A DNA stretch of 63,693 nucleotides, counting the filler, from Chiloscyllium plagiosum (taxonomy: Eukaryota), in assembly GCF_004010195.1 (NCBI RefSeq). It is 4 parts of one record of this genome, joined end to end, with 100 filler letters (N's around TTAATTAATTAA, not from the genome) between each part and the next. Parts side by side here need not be neighbours in the genome. Positions count along the whole stretch, not along the records: positions 16,160 to 28,648 come from NC_057714.1; positions 28,749 to 57,295 come from NC_057714.1; 2 more parts are not named here. One strand, written 5' to 3'. Made by a program: the position numbers and the translations under genes. The notes beneath the pieces were generated by a model that was not told the origin of the DNA, ran no database searches, and worked only from the letters and a program-made list of their open reading frames with translations. Shown here piece by piece: positions 25,022 to 37,924 of this stretch (positions are counted from its first letter, which is position 1; the number at the start of each line of letters is the position of its first letter).

Positions 25022-26729
25022 GTGAGTATCAGTGGATACAGCATCATTATGGATCAACCCCACTGACCTACAGTCTGCTCACTGCCCAGGATCAATCACA
25101 GGAAATAGAAGCTGGAGTTTAGCTCATCAGGCCATTCGGTAGAATTATGGATGCTTTGGGGCATCAGCTCCACTTTCCTGCCAAATCCCCATGTCTTCAG
25201 TTTCCTGAGACACTAAAAATCTGTCTCTCCCAGCCTTAAACATATTCAACAGTAGACACACCACAACCATGTGGGACAGAAAATTCCAAAGATCCACAAC
25301 CTTATGACTGAAGTGATTTCTTCTCCCCTCATTCTCACCTTTCACCTCAGCGACCTGCCTCTCTATGGGGCTTTTGTCCGAAACATCGATTTTCCTGCTT
25401 CTCGGATGCTGCCTGCCCTGCTGTGCTCTTCCAGCACCACTCTAATTTGAACAAAGGACTGAGATCTTTGACTGGCAGTAGGGCTTTTCTGAGCAGGCTG
25501 ATACGTTCCTTCAGTTTATTCAGTGGCTATAAGATCAGATCAGAGGCTAGGAACCCTGCAGCGAGTAACTCAGCTCCTAATTCCCCAAAGCCTGTCCACC
25601 ACCTACAAGGCACAAGTCAGGAGTGTGATGGAATACTCCCCACTTGCCTGGATGGGGGCAGCTCCAGCAACACTCAAGAAGCTTGACACCATCCAGGGCA
25701 AAGCAACCGCTTGATTGGCACCACATCCACAAGCATCCACTCCCTACACCACCGACACTCAGTAGCAGCAGTTTTGTTCTATCTGCAAGATACACTGCAG
25801 AAACTCACCAAAGATCCTCAGACAGCACCTTATAAACCCACAACTGCTTCATCTAGAAGGACAAGGGGCAGCGGATACATGGGAACACCACTTTGTGCAA
25901 GTTCCCTTCCAAGCCATTCACCATCCTAGTCATAGAGCCATCCTGACTTGGAAATATATACCAGTTCCTTCAGTGTCGCTGGGTCAAAATCCTGAAATTC
26001 CCTCCCTCAGGGTATTGTGGCTCAACCTATAGCACATGGACTGCAGCGGTTCAAGAAGGCAGCTCACCCCCACCTTCTCAAAGGCATTATTCTAAATATA
26101 GAACAAAGTTAGGAAAAAGTCTTAAAACATCCAACTGAAACAAAGTTTCAATCAATTCCCGAACACCACTACTTTATAGTGGTTCTGATTCTGCAAGTTC
26201 TTTTTTGTGAACTGTGAAATCTTGCTACATGAGCATATACACAACTGTGAGCTTAGACTTTCTCGTCTTCTAATAATCTGCAGATTTCTACCCAGCATGC
26301 TTGGTCTGAAAGTTGCACAATCCTGAGGTTTCCTAAGCTAAGATCAATCCTTGGCTATCCTGAATCAAACCAAGGTAATGGCCCTCAATGTTAATTTCAC
26401 CGCCTTAAACCACCACAGTTAAAACAATCTTCCACTAATACGCCAGGCCATCTGTTCTCTGATACATGTTTATCAGGTTTCTGTTTGAGAAGGACTGTCT
26501 GACCTGGTTATTTAGTTTTTGAAACCCTTCAGAAATTTGGTGGAGCCCATATGCCCCTATTTTAAACTCCAGACTTTCTAAATTATATCAATGTGTATAA
26601 AGTCAAAGACCTTTCATAATGCTATGTATGTAAGTCTTTGTATCTGTTCTATCTATCTCTAAAGAAGGAAACTGTAAAACTATGCAAATTTAGGATGTAC
26701 ATTTTAGCTACATTTTATGATTTAGAGTG

Positions 26730-27810
26730 GGGGAACCAGGTGTAGTGTGTCAAAGTTCGCAGATGACATTAAAATGAGTGGTAAAGCAAAATGTGCAGAG
26801 GACACAAAGTCTGCAGAGGGATATAGATAGGTTAGGTGAGTGGACAAGGGTCTGTCAGCTGGAGTACAGTGTTGGTAAATGTGAGGTCATCCATTTTGGT
26901 CAGAATAACAGCAAAATGGACTATTATTTAAATGGTGAAAAGTTGCAGCATGCTGCTGTGCAGAGGGAGCTGGGAATCCTTGTGCATGAATCACAATAAG
27001 GTGGTTTGCAGGTACAGCAGGTAATTAGGAAGGCAAATAGAATATTGTGGAGAAAGTGAGGTCTGCAGATGCTGGAGATCAGAGCTGGAAATGTGTTGCT
27101 GGAAAAGCGCAGCAGGTCAGGCAGCATCCAGGGAACAGGAGAATCGACGTTTCGGGCATAAGCCCTTCTTCTGCTAGAGAGATTCAAGATTAAAAACAGG
27201 GAGGTTATGCTGCAGCTGTACAAGGTGCTGGTGAGGCCACACCTGGGGTACTGTGTACAGATTTGGTCTCTTTACTTGAGAAAGGATGTACTGGCACTGG
27301 AGGGGGTGCAGAGGAGGTTCAGTAGGTTGATTCCAGAGTTGAGGGGTTGGCTTAAGAGGTGAGTTTGAGTTGATTTTGGCTATGTTCATTGGAATCTGAA
27401 AGAATGAGGGAATGATCTTGTAGAAACATATAAAATTATGAAGGGAATAGACAAGACAGAAGCAGAGAGGTTGTTTCCACTGGTGGGTGAAACTAGATCT
27501 GGGGGACATGGCCTCACAATAAGGGGGAGCAGATCTTGGACTGAGCTGAGAAGGAACGTCTTCACCCAGAGGGTTGTGAATCTGTGGAATTGCCTGCCCA
27601 GTGAAGCAGCTGAAGCTTCCTGATTGAATGTTTTTAAGGCGAAGATAGGTCGGTTTTTGAACATTAAGGGAATTAAGGGTTACGGTGAGAAGGCAGGTAA
27701 GTGGAGCTGAGGCCACAGAAAGATCAGCCATGATCTGATTGAATGATGGAGCAGGCTCGAAGGGCCGGATGATCTACTCCTGCTCCGAGTTCCTATGGTC
27801 TTATGTTTTT
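26730..27810 (+). mobile_element. CR1 3' fragment (same subfamily as 14520-15490) interrupted by a family-A PLE repeat at 27049-27171
   Basis: ORFs 26778..26999 and 27438..27623; high identity to the reverse complement of 14520-15490. Confidence 0.88.
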
Positions 27811-27879
27811 CCCTCTCCCAGTCCCAGTTGGACCCCACACTAGGCTTAGTGTCTTGTGCAAGATGGAGGACGGGAAAAT

Positions 27880-28648
27880 TTCTGGCTGTAAGAGCTGCTC
27901 CTTTTTTTTTGAGATATTTTAGGTGTTGGAGGTGATTTCCTCGAATTCCAGGAGCAGCAATTCCTGTTTTATTTACTGTTGCATTGTTTTGGAACTTTGG
28001 AAAACAAAGTCAAAACAACAGCAATTTTAAAAGGGAGAAGAGCAGACAAAGGAAGCATGTGGTGAGGACAGTGCAGGAGACAGAGAGAGAGAGAGAGAGA
28101 GAGAACCTGCACAGTTACTGCCTTTGCTGTTTGAATTCGTGTATCGCTGGACATCGGAGTGCATCTGGGAAAATTAACATACAGTGAATATCACAACTAA
28201 TCTTGGAGGAACTGTTGGGCGAAGTTCGCAGCACAGAATCAGATAAGTTAATTGTTGTTTTAAGTCTGTCCAAGAGAAAGGCTGCAGTAGTGAGTATAGT
28301 GGATTCTTTCTTGATTATATGTTTTTGGAGATAAGTCTCTCGATTAAACTTAAAATATAAGCTATAGCTATTAATTTAACCTGGGGCAGTGTTTGTAGAG
28401 GAATAAGACGGTGTTATTTTCTGGGTCTGTAGATTGTGAAGGAGCAAAAATGGCCTTTGCAGTGATATGTACTTCTTGTCAGACATGGGAGTTTAAAGAG
28501 AGTTTAAGGGTTACTGCAGATTATATCTGCCATAAATGCTGTTGGATGCAAATCTTATCAGATCGAGTGGATCGGTTGGAGAGACAGATAGAAGCGATGA
28601 GGAATTTGCAACAGCAACAGTATGTGATGGATGGCAGTTACAGGAAGG
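27880..28648 (+). mobile_element. CR1 5' end: 5'UTR and ORF1 N-terminal zinc finger plus coiled coil, truncated by a gap
   Basis: MAFAVICTSCQTWEF...YICHKCCWMQILSDRVDRLERQIEAMRNLQ: CxxC...CxxC followed by a leucine-zipper-like helix, as in CR1 ORF1. Confidence 0.75.
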
Positions 28649-29727
28649 NNNNNNNNNNNNNNNNNNNNNNNNNNNNNNNNNNNNNNNNNNNNTTAATTAA
28701 TTAANNNNNNNNNNNNNNNNNNNNNNNNNNNNNNNNNNNNNNNNNNNNCAGAGGGTGGTACGTGTATGGAATGAGCTGCCAGAGGATGTGGTGGAGGCTG
28801 GTACAATTGCAACATTTAAAAGGCATTTGGATGGGTATATGAATAGGAAGGATTTGGAGGGATATAGGCCGGGTGCTGGCAGGTGGGACTAGATTGGGTT
28901 GGGATATCTGGTCGGCATGGACAGATTGGACCGAAGGGTCTGTTTCCGTGCTGTACATCTCTATGACTCTATGACACAGTGGCAGTATTGCCACATTTTG
29001 GCAGATGATCTGAGTTCAAGTCTTAGTTCCCCTAGAGTCTGTCAGGACATGTCTGAACAAGTTGATTCATGTTTTTGAAAGCTGCGATGAGATCAAGGGT
29101 TAATGGAATAGGACTTGAGGCAACATGAGGAGCTGTTTGGTCACATGGAGGTTAAACATGGATATAAATGGCCTGGGTTCCATGTGTTCACTGTTCACAG
29201 CTTTTCTCACCTGAATTTGATTATATTGTGATATAGATATGTGGCTGAAAATGAATATTTACATGTACATGTAAATTTGCATTCTGCTGTTCAAGGGTTT
29301 AACATCATTGATTGGTGAGACAGTGGTTTGGATCAGCACTGATGACTGGTCATCTCTTTCTGCTTGTCTTGTTCTCTCACTCGCTCTGTCTCTCCTGTGT
29401 CTCTCTCTTGCCTTGCTATCTCTCCCCTCTCCTTCCCTCCCACTCTCTCTCCCTGTCTCGGTGCCTCTTTCTCTCTCTGTCTCTGACTCTCCTCACTCAC
29501 TCTCTCTATTTCCTGTTGCCTTCACCTCTGTCTCCCTGTCTCTTGGTCTCTATTTCTCCTCTCTCTCTCTCTCTCTCTGGCCACAGGTGCTGCCTGTATC
29601 GCAGTTTGTGTATCTGCCTGTACTATTATGGGTTTTGATAGGGTCAAGTGCCCTGAGCTATGTTTTGTGAAATACTTTGGGAGAATGCTTGTCCTTGGAG
29701 CACTTGAGTTGTATTCCTGTTTTGCAG

Positions 29728-29913
29728 AATCCGAGGCCACAGTCACAAGCACGAGAGAGCCGCCCCTTTAAGAAGATGTTCCAGACGATGTCGAATATGG
29801 AAACAGCAGGGAATCCAAAAGCTGCTTGGGGCAGCTATTGCCAGACCTATGGGGTTATCAGTCAAACTGGGCTAGATAAACTGCATAACCTGCAGATCCA
29901 AAATAAGCCGTAG
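29728..29913 (+). CDS. Candidate exon (phase 0 to stop); a downstream donor-like CAG|gtcaga near 29931 allows an internal, frameshifted exon instead
   Basis: Acceptor tattcctgttttgcag|; 61 open codons NPRPQSQARESRPFKK...IQNKP*. Confidence 0.4.
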   Translation, partial: NPRPQSQARESRPFKKMFQTMSNMETAGNPKAAWGSYCQTYGVISQTGLDKLHNLQIQNKP

Positions 29914-31545
29914 CTACCCAGGACAGCACAGGTCAGACAGTGCACGGGGTGGGGTGCACCAATAGGGAACCTGCGCAGGAGTTATACAAGAATCAGCTGT
30001 CGGCAATCATCCAGTCCAGTAGCTATTGGCATACACTTTCAGCTGGGAATGTTCCACAAGTGCCAAAACCATTAGTACATCAGCACCTGATCAGAGAAAA
30101 ATGACCTTTTAATGTGAATGATTAACTCTATGCAATCAGCCATGTGGAGAAACTGGTACCTTGTTCCACTGATGAGGATCCCACCGTGTGATGATCTCTC
30201 CATTAGCCTGTCCTCTCATTACAACCTGCAGAGTTGGATACACATCGCAGCTCTGTCTGCTGCTCTCTGACACACACTCTGTCTTGAATAGTCCTGTGAA
30301 AGTGCCTTTAGGGTATGAGATGGGATTGTCATCGTAGGGGAAGCTGGAGTTGGGTGGGGACTTTGTCTGTGTCTGGGGCCTGTGGTTCAAACTGGAATTC
30401 CTTCCCAGCCTGAGTCCAGGATTGAGTGGGCTTGACTCCCGCCTTGAATTGTTGATGGCCTTTCCTCAGTTCTCCAACCAATCTCACCCAGGGGTTTGAC
30501 TCCACTAAAGAACTTGGTTTTAACTGTTTGTGATTCCCGTTTTCTGGAAATATTTGCTTGGGGAATGTTTGATAATTGACCACAAATCTTTTGTTAAAAT
30601 GAATATCTGTAGCTATGTCAAAACTGTCAGTGATTTTTCTAGATGTTTTAATAAAGACACAACAAATTTCTCTGTTTCTTTATTCGAATGTTATTCTCAA
30701 CTCCAAAGCACGACAGCTGATAGAGTAACACACACTGCACCAATCTAGTCAGTGTGCCTCGATAGCATCGACCTGGGAGAAGCAGTGAGTACATGACAGT
30801 GCAGCACTCCGTCAGCACTGACCCTCTGACAGTGCGGCACTCCCTCCGTTGTCCCGTTTTGCTGGGCCTACCAGTTGGACATCAAGCCATTCTTGCAGTC
30901 GTCACAAAAATTAGTCTTTATGGAAGTACACAAGTTTCCCCCTATTATTTCTGGCTTTTTAGTCCCAGGTTAACAAAGCACAAATTAGGTTCTGTGTTTA
31001 ACAAGAATTTCAATCTGTTGCAAAGAAATGCAAAGCTGCCCTGGTTTCACCAGATGAGAGGGCCATAAGAGACAATTGGTGTAGGTTTTGCCTGAGAGTC
31101 GTACAGCTCAGGCAATGTTGAGAGGGAGGGTGTTTCATGGTGATCTTAGCTGCTGTGAGAATTAAACCCAAAGTTAGTATCATTTTGTATTAGAGAGAAA
31201 CTATGCAGCTAACTGAGCTAAACCTTCTGAAGAGAAAGCTGAATGCTAGAGTTAGAGGTTGCGAGATCACCATGATCATTTCACTGGTAGAGCGTCCTTG
31301 ATTAATTACTAGTTCTTATGCAACTCGACTAGTTAAAACACTAACCGCCTTACCAAACTCTCCTTGTACACGTGCATACACACACACGCAAGGCACTGGT
31401 GTAGTTGGTCATTAAAAACTCAGAAGGAAGGTCCCTGCTCTGTATCTGTTGCGATTGCTCTAGTGATTCTTTTCCCCTGACCTGTTTGTCCTCAATCTCT
31501 CTCTCCCAGGTATATACACTGGCTTACTGGAGGCATTCAATAACT

Positions 31546-31866
31546 GGTTGCAACATGAATTTGACTGGGACAATACTACCATTATAGGGCAAGCGAAACA
31601 AAGAACAGCCAGGGAATTCCTAGAGGCATGGCACTCATCCACAAACTCCATCAACAAACACATCGACCTGGACCCAATATACCGGCCACTACAGCGGACA
31701 GCTGAAACTGACAACCGGAAGCGGCAGGGACAGGCCACTATAAAGGCTGGAGGAAACACCACAGAAGCGCTTCACAAGAGGCTCCCAAGCACTGAGGATG
31801 TCACCAAGACAGGGGACGAAACGTTTGCAACAAAAACTTACAGCTCGGCGAACAGAACCACAGCAA
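31546..31866 (+). mobile_element. Penelope-like 3' fragment (family C): GIY-YIG C-terminus and terminal repeat
   Basis: HEFDWDNTTIIGQAKQRTAREFLEAWHSSTNSINKHIDLDPIY, followed by a hammerhead motif. Confidence 0.85.
31789..31828 (+). ncRNA. Minimal hammerhead ribozyme motif (family C)
   Basis: GCA-CTGAGGA-T-GTCACC-AAGACA-GGGGAC-GAAACGTT-TGC: stem I GCA/TGC, stem II with one mismatch, ACGT palindrome, GUU triplet. Confidence 0.75.
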
Positions 31867-33834
31867 AAGATAGGAAGCAGAGGGTAGATATAGATGGGCA
31901 TTTCTCAGATTGGAGATGAATTGAAAATGTTGTTCCCCAGGGATCAGTGTTAGGACACTTGCTTTCTCTGATTCATGTAAATAATTGAAAATAGGTGTTG
32001 AGGACAAAATCTCTAAATTGCAGATGATACTAAGCTCGGAAGAATAGTAATTGTGATGATGATGCTGAGTGACTCCAGAGGGACATTGACAAGTTGGCTA
32101 AGTTGGCAGATGAATTTTGTTGCAGACAAATGTGAGGCAATGCATTTTGGTAGAAGAAACAGAAAACTCCCAACAGGGTGACCTCTCCTTTCCTGTTTCT
32201 AACCTCAGCCCAAACTACAGCAGTGAATGAGTCCTCAAACATTATCTCAGCTGCTGTATTACTACCGTTGATTAACAATACCACACCCCCGCCTCTTTTA
32301 CCATCTTGTCTGTTCTTGCTGAAACATCGAAATCCTGGAATCTGCAACAACCATTCCTGTCCCTCCTCTAGCCATGTCTTTGAAATGGCCACAACATTGA
32401 AATCCTAGGTACCAACCCATGTTGCAAGTTAACTCACTTTATTCTGGATGCTCCTAGCATTCAAGTACATACATTTCAAACCAACATCCTGATTGGCGGA
32501 ATAAGGTAATTGTACTGGCCTCCACCATTTCCTTTGGCAGCCCATTCCACACACACACCGCTGTGTGTGTGAAACAGTTACCCCATAGGTCTCTTTTAAA
32601 GCTTTCCTCTCTGACCTTAAACCTATGCTCTCTAGTTCTGGACTTTCTCCACCCCAGGGAAGAGACTGGGGTGGGTTTCTGCCTCAGCCATTGGCCCATC
32701 TGATCAAAATCCTGTTGTAATCCAAGGTAACCTTCGCTGTCCACTACACCTCAAAATCAATTGAGTCCCATCTGCCAGCATTTGGCCCTATCCCTCTAAA
32801 CCTTCCCTATTAGTGTACCCATTTCAGTTGCCTTTTCATGTTGTAATTGTACCAGTCTCTACCACTTCCTCTGGCAGTTCATTCCAAACAGTGTATGAGA
32901 GAAAAAGTTGCCCCTTAAGTCCCTTTTAAATCTTTCCGCTCTCACCTTAAACATATGCCCTGCTATCCCAGGAAAAAAGACCTTGGCTATTCACCCTTTC
33001 AAGTTTCGCAACATCCTTCCTATCAGAGGGAGACTAGAATTGAATGCAGTATTCCACAAGTGGCCTAACCAACGTCTTGTACAGCCACAACATGACCTCC
33101 CAGCTCTATACTCATTGCACTGACCAATAAAGGCAAGCATACCCAAACACCACCTTCACTATTCTGGCTACTTGTGACTCTACTTTCAAGGAACTATGAT
33201 GTGCACTCCAAGGTTTTTTTTTTCAGTATCACTCTCCAGGATCTTTAAGTATAATACATCACAATTTTTAAATCCCCTTCTCTATTCGCCTGAAAACTTG
33301 AAATCCGGTAATAATGAGCTGTCTTCTTGCCTCCCCTTTGGTGTAGCTATGCTATCAAGTTATGCGTTGACCTATGCCCTCAGTTTTTGTATACTCCTTG
33401 CATCGCAAATGTGCATTTTGATACTGCCAAATTCCTGCACTTTATAGCCTTTCACTCCCGAAAAGCAGAAGCAGCAGAGATATTCGCTGAATTTCTGCAT
33501 CCTATTCCATGCTCTGAACTTGCCCTTAGGTTCCCACCTCCCTGCCAATCTTGCTTAAATCCTCAACCGTTCTAACGAATCTCTCTGCAAAGATATTTAT
33601 CTTGGCCCTGTCATATATAGACCATCTGGTCATATAGGTTCCAGTTTCCCTAGAACCAGTCCCAGTGCCCCAGAAATTACCACCCTTCTAAAGTAGGTTT
33701 CTAGCAATCACTCCATTCTCCTCTTTTGATACTCACTGGCATGGAAAGACACAATCTCAAAATTTCTTTCACTCTCCTATCAAACCCACTGAAATCTACT
33801 TTCTGACCTTGTCCCCACAATCTTCTTTTAAAGT

Positions 33835-34170
33835 CATTCAAGGAATGTGGGCATTACTGACTAGACCAGCATTTGTTGCACATTCTTAATTGCCCAGAGT
33901 GTACTTAAGAGTTGACCACATTTCTGCAGGTCTGGAGTCACATGTAGGGCAAAGCTGAAAAAATGATGCAATTTTCCTTTTCTTTAGTGAGCTACATGGA
34001 TTTTTCCAAAAATCGATAATGGTTTAATGATCATTACTGGGCTCTTATTTCCAGATTATTATTGAATTCAAATCCTATCAGCTGCCATGGCAGGATTTGA
34101 ACCCGAGTCACAAGAACATTGCTTGGATCTCTGGTTTAACAGTATAGCGATAATACCAGTAGGCCATTAT
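33835..34170 (-). mobile_element. Second tRNA-derived SINE family; copies at ~41466-41660 and 41740-42030 (+), fragments at 2040-2235 and 13270-13400 (-)
   Basis: Head with ...tggtattatc... and B-box ggttcaaatcc; body gtgactccagacccacagcaatg; 3' gggcaa...aaatgctgg. Confidence 0.65.
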
Positions 34171-34464
34171 CTAAGAGTTGGATAGAGCTCTCAAGGATAG
34201 TGGAATCAAGGATTATGGAGATAAGGCAGGAACAGGATACTGATTAAGGATGATCAGCCATGATCATATTGAATGGTGGTGCAGGCTCGAAGGGCAGAAT
34301 GGCCTACTCCTGCACCTATTGTCTATTGTCTTCCCCGCCTCTCCCAACTATCTGAATGTTAGCTCAGTTTGCTGGACAGCTAGTTTACAATGCAGAGTGA
34401 TAGCAGCAGCTTGGCTTCAATTTCTGCACCAGCTAAGGTTACCGGGATTCTCCTCTCAGACTGA

Positions 34465-36470
34465 CAGCACGGAAACAGACCCTTCGGTCCAACCCATCCA
34501 CCCCGACCAGATGTCCCAACTCAATCTAGTCCCACCTGCCAGTACCCGGAAAAATATCCCTCCAAACCCTTCCTATTCATATACACATCCAAATGCCTCT
34601 TAAATGTTGCAATTGTACCAGCCTCCACCACTTCCTCTGGCAGCTCATTCCATACACGTACCACCCTCTGTGTGAAAAAGTTGCCCCTTAGGTCTCTTTT
34701 ATATCTTTCCCGTCTCACCTAAACCTATGCCCTCTAGTTCTGGACTCCCCCACCCCAGGAAAAAGACTTTGTCTATTTATTCTATCCAAGTCTCTCATGA
34801 TTTTCTAAACCTCCATAAAGTCACCCCTCAGCCTCCGACACTCCAGGGAAAACAGCCCCATTCTGTTCAGCCTCTCCCTATAACTCAAATCCTCCAACCC
34901 TGGCAACATCCTTGTAAATCTTTTCTGTTTTCAAGTTTCACAACATCTTTCCGGTAGGAAGGAGACCAGAATTGCACGCAATATTCCAACAGTTGCCTAA
35001 CCAATGTCCTGTACAGCCGCAACATGACCTCCCAACTCCTGTACTCTGACTGATAAAGGAAAGCATACCAAACGCTGCCTTCACTATCCTATCGACCTGC
35101 AACTCCACTTTCAAGGTGCTATGAACCTGCACTCCAAGGTCTCTTTGTTCAGCAACACTCCCTAGGACCTTACCATTAAGTATATAAGTCCTGCTAAGAT
35201 TTACTTTCCCAAAATGCAGCACTTATATTTATTTGAATTAAACTTCATCTGCCACTTCTCAGCCCATTGGCCCATCTGGTCAAAATCCTGTTGTAATCTG
35301 AGGTAACCCTCTTCGCTGTCCACTACACCTCCAATTTTGGTGTCATCTGCAAACTTACTAACTGTACCTGTTATGCTCACATCCCAATCATTTATATAAA
35401 TGATGAAAAGTACCCAGCCCCGATCCTTGTGGCACTCCACTGGTCACAGGCCTCCAGTCTGAAAAGCAACCCTCCACCACCACCCTCTGTCTTCTACCTT
35501 TGAGCCAGGTCTGTATCCAAATGCCTAGTTCTCCCTGTATTCCGTGAGATCTAACCTTGCTCACCAGTCTCCCATGGGGAACCTTGTCGAACGCCTTACT
35601 GAAGTCCATCTGCCCTCATCAATCCTCTTTGTCACTTCAAAAAACTCAAGTTTGTGAGACTTGATTTCCCATGCACAAAGCCATGTTGACCTCATTCCTG
35701 ATGAAGGGCTTTTGCCCGAAATGTCGATTTTTCTGCTCTCCAGCTGCTGCCTGATCTGCTGTGCTTTTCCAGCACCACTCTAATCTTATCCCTAATCAAT
35801 CCTTGCCCTTCCAAATACATGTACATCCTGTCCCTCAGGATTCCCTCCAACAAATTGCCCACCACCGAGGTCAGGATCACCGGTCTATAGTTCCCTGGCT
35901 TGTCCTTACCCTTCTTAAACAGTAGCACCACGTTTGCCAATCTCCAATCTTCCGGCACCTCACCTGTGACTATCGATGATACAAATATCTCAGCAAGAGG
36001 CCCAGTAATCACTTCTCTAGCTTCCCACAGTGTTCTAGTGTACACCTGATCAGGTCTTGGGGATTTATCCACCTTTAACCGTTTCAAGACATCCAGTACT
36101 TCCTCCTCTGTAATATGGACAATTTTCAAGATGTCACCATCCATTTCCCTACAGTCTATATTCCATGTCCTTTTCCAAAGTAAATACTGATGCAAAATAC
36201 TCGTTTAGTAACTCCCCCAGCTCCTGCCTTGCTGGTCTTTGAGGGGCCCTATTCACTCCCTAGTTACCCTTTTGTTCTTAATGTATTTGTAAAAACCCTT
36301 TGGATTCTCCTTAATTCTATTTGCCAAAGCTATCTCCTGTCCTCTTTTTGCCCTCCTGATTTCCCTCTTCAGTAAACTCCTACTGCCTTTATACTCTTCT
36401 AAGGATTCACTCGATCTATCCTGTCTATATCTGACATATGCTTCCTTCTTAACCAAACCCTCAATTTCAG
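34465..36470 (-). mobile_element. CR1 (HER1-like) ORF2 3' half, interrupted by a family-A PLE repeat at ~35691-35785
   Basis: ORFs 36253..36456, 35692..36195, 35388..35609 (DFSKAFDKVPH), 35201..35440 (KFADDT), 34938..35222 and 34521..34718. Confidence 0.92.
35698..35725 (+). ncRNA. Minimal hammerhead ribozyme motif (family A, one CpG decay)
   Basis: CTGATGA-A-GGGC-TTTT-GCCC-GAAATGTC. Confidence 0.7.
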
Positions 36471-36916
36471 CCTCACCTTTGCCAGAGGCATGATGACCCT
36501 CAGGTTAAACCACCAGCCGTGACTAATATTTTACTATTAGAGGATTATAGTTTTAACTGGTAGAATTATATCCTGTTGATCCGTAATTGTTTATCTGTTG
36601 ATGAAGTCTAATTATAAATGGTGATTTTTGTAAAGACTCACCCATGCTTGCCTGGGTCTGAAGGTGAGGTTAATTGGGGGATTTTGCATATTTTTAAAAA
36701 TGGTTAATTTCCCTGATGACATGGGGAATAGTGGAGTTGAATTTGCAGTGAGGTGAAACAGCAGACAGGCCTTTGGTATTAAAACTGGCCATCACTCCAC
36801 AGGCTATTCAGTGAGCTGTTGCCAGGTGAATCTCACTGTCTGCAACAAAACTCCCAGCACTGTCTGAGCAAAACAGTGTAAACAGCACTTCACAATTATT
36901 GTCAGCAACTTAGGGT

Positions 36917-37440
36917 CATAGAGCCATAGAGATGTACAGCACGGAAATAGACCCTTCGGTCCAACCCGTCCATGCCGACCAGATATCCCAATCCAATCTA
37001 GTCCCACCTGCCAGCACCCGGCACATATCCCTCCAAACCCTTCCTATTCATATATCCATCCAAATGCCTCTTAAATGTTGCAATTGTACCAGCCTCCACC
37101 ACATCCTCTGGCAGCTCATTCCATACACGTACCACCCTCTGTGTGAAAAAGTTGCCCCTTAGGTCTCTTTTATATCTTTCCCCTCTCACCCTAAACCTAT
37201 GCACTCTAGTTCTGGATTCCTCCACCCCTATCCATGCCCCTTATGATTTTTTAAACCTCTATAAGGTCACCCCTCAGCCTCCGACGCTCCAGGGAAAACA
37301 GTCCCAGCCTGTTCAGCCTCTCCCTGTAGCTCAAATCCTCCAACCCTGGCAACATCCTTGTAAATCTTTTCTGAACCCTTTCAAGTTTCACAACATATTT
37401 CCGATAGGAAGGAGACCAGAATTGCACAAAATATTCCAAG
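36917..37440 (-). mobile_element. CR1 3' end
   Basis: ORFs 36998..37225 and 37251..37460; tail of catagag repeats. Confidence 0.9.
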
Positions 37441-37924
37441 TGCAGCAATCCCTTCCACAATTGTTGCGTTTTAAAACAGGCTTTTACCCATTTCAGTTCA
37501 CAATCAAAAAGTCAGGGAAATAAAAAGACAGCGTCTTTACATGCCTCCATCCTGATACGGTGAAACACTTTTACATATATGTTTTAAAACTTCCTTCCTT
37601 TTGTAATCTTAAAAAACGTAGTATTTATAGTCTTAAACCTTTAATTTCCCCCAGCACAGTACACTTGGGATAATGTATCTGCAATTAGGTTAGATTTTAC
37701 AGCAATGTGAATATTTTCCACATCAATGATTGAAACAAAAGATTCAAGCTGAATACACTCAGAAAAAGGGTCAGAAACTTGCATAATCTTTGAGCAATAT
37801 TAAAATATTAATTTGCACTGCCATAACCTCCAGGACTATGGGTCAAAAAGAAATGGGATTTCGTGAAGTCAGATCTTTGTTTACCAGCACAACAGGATGG
37901 TCTGACTGGCTTCTTTATGTGCTG

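Noticed and set aside
30136..30500. Minus-strand open frames in unique sequence
   Set aside because: No consistent splice pair or recognisable homology.
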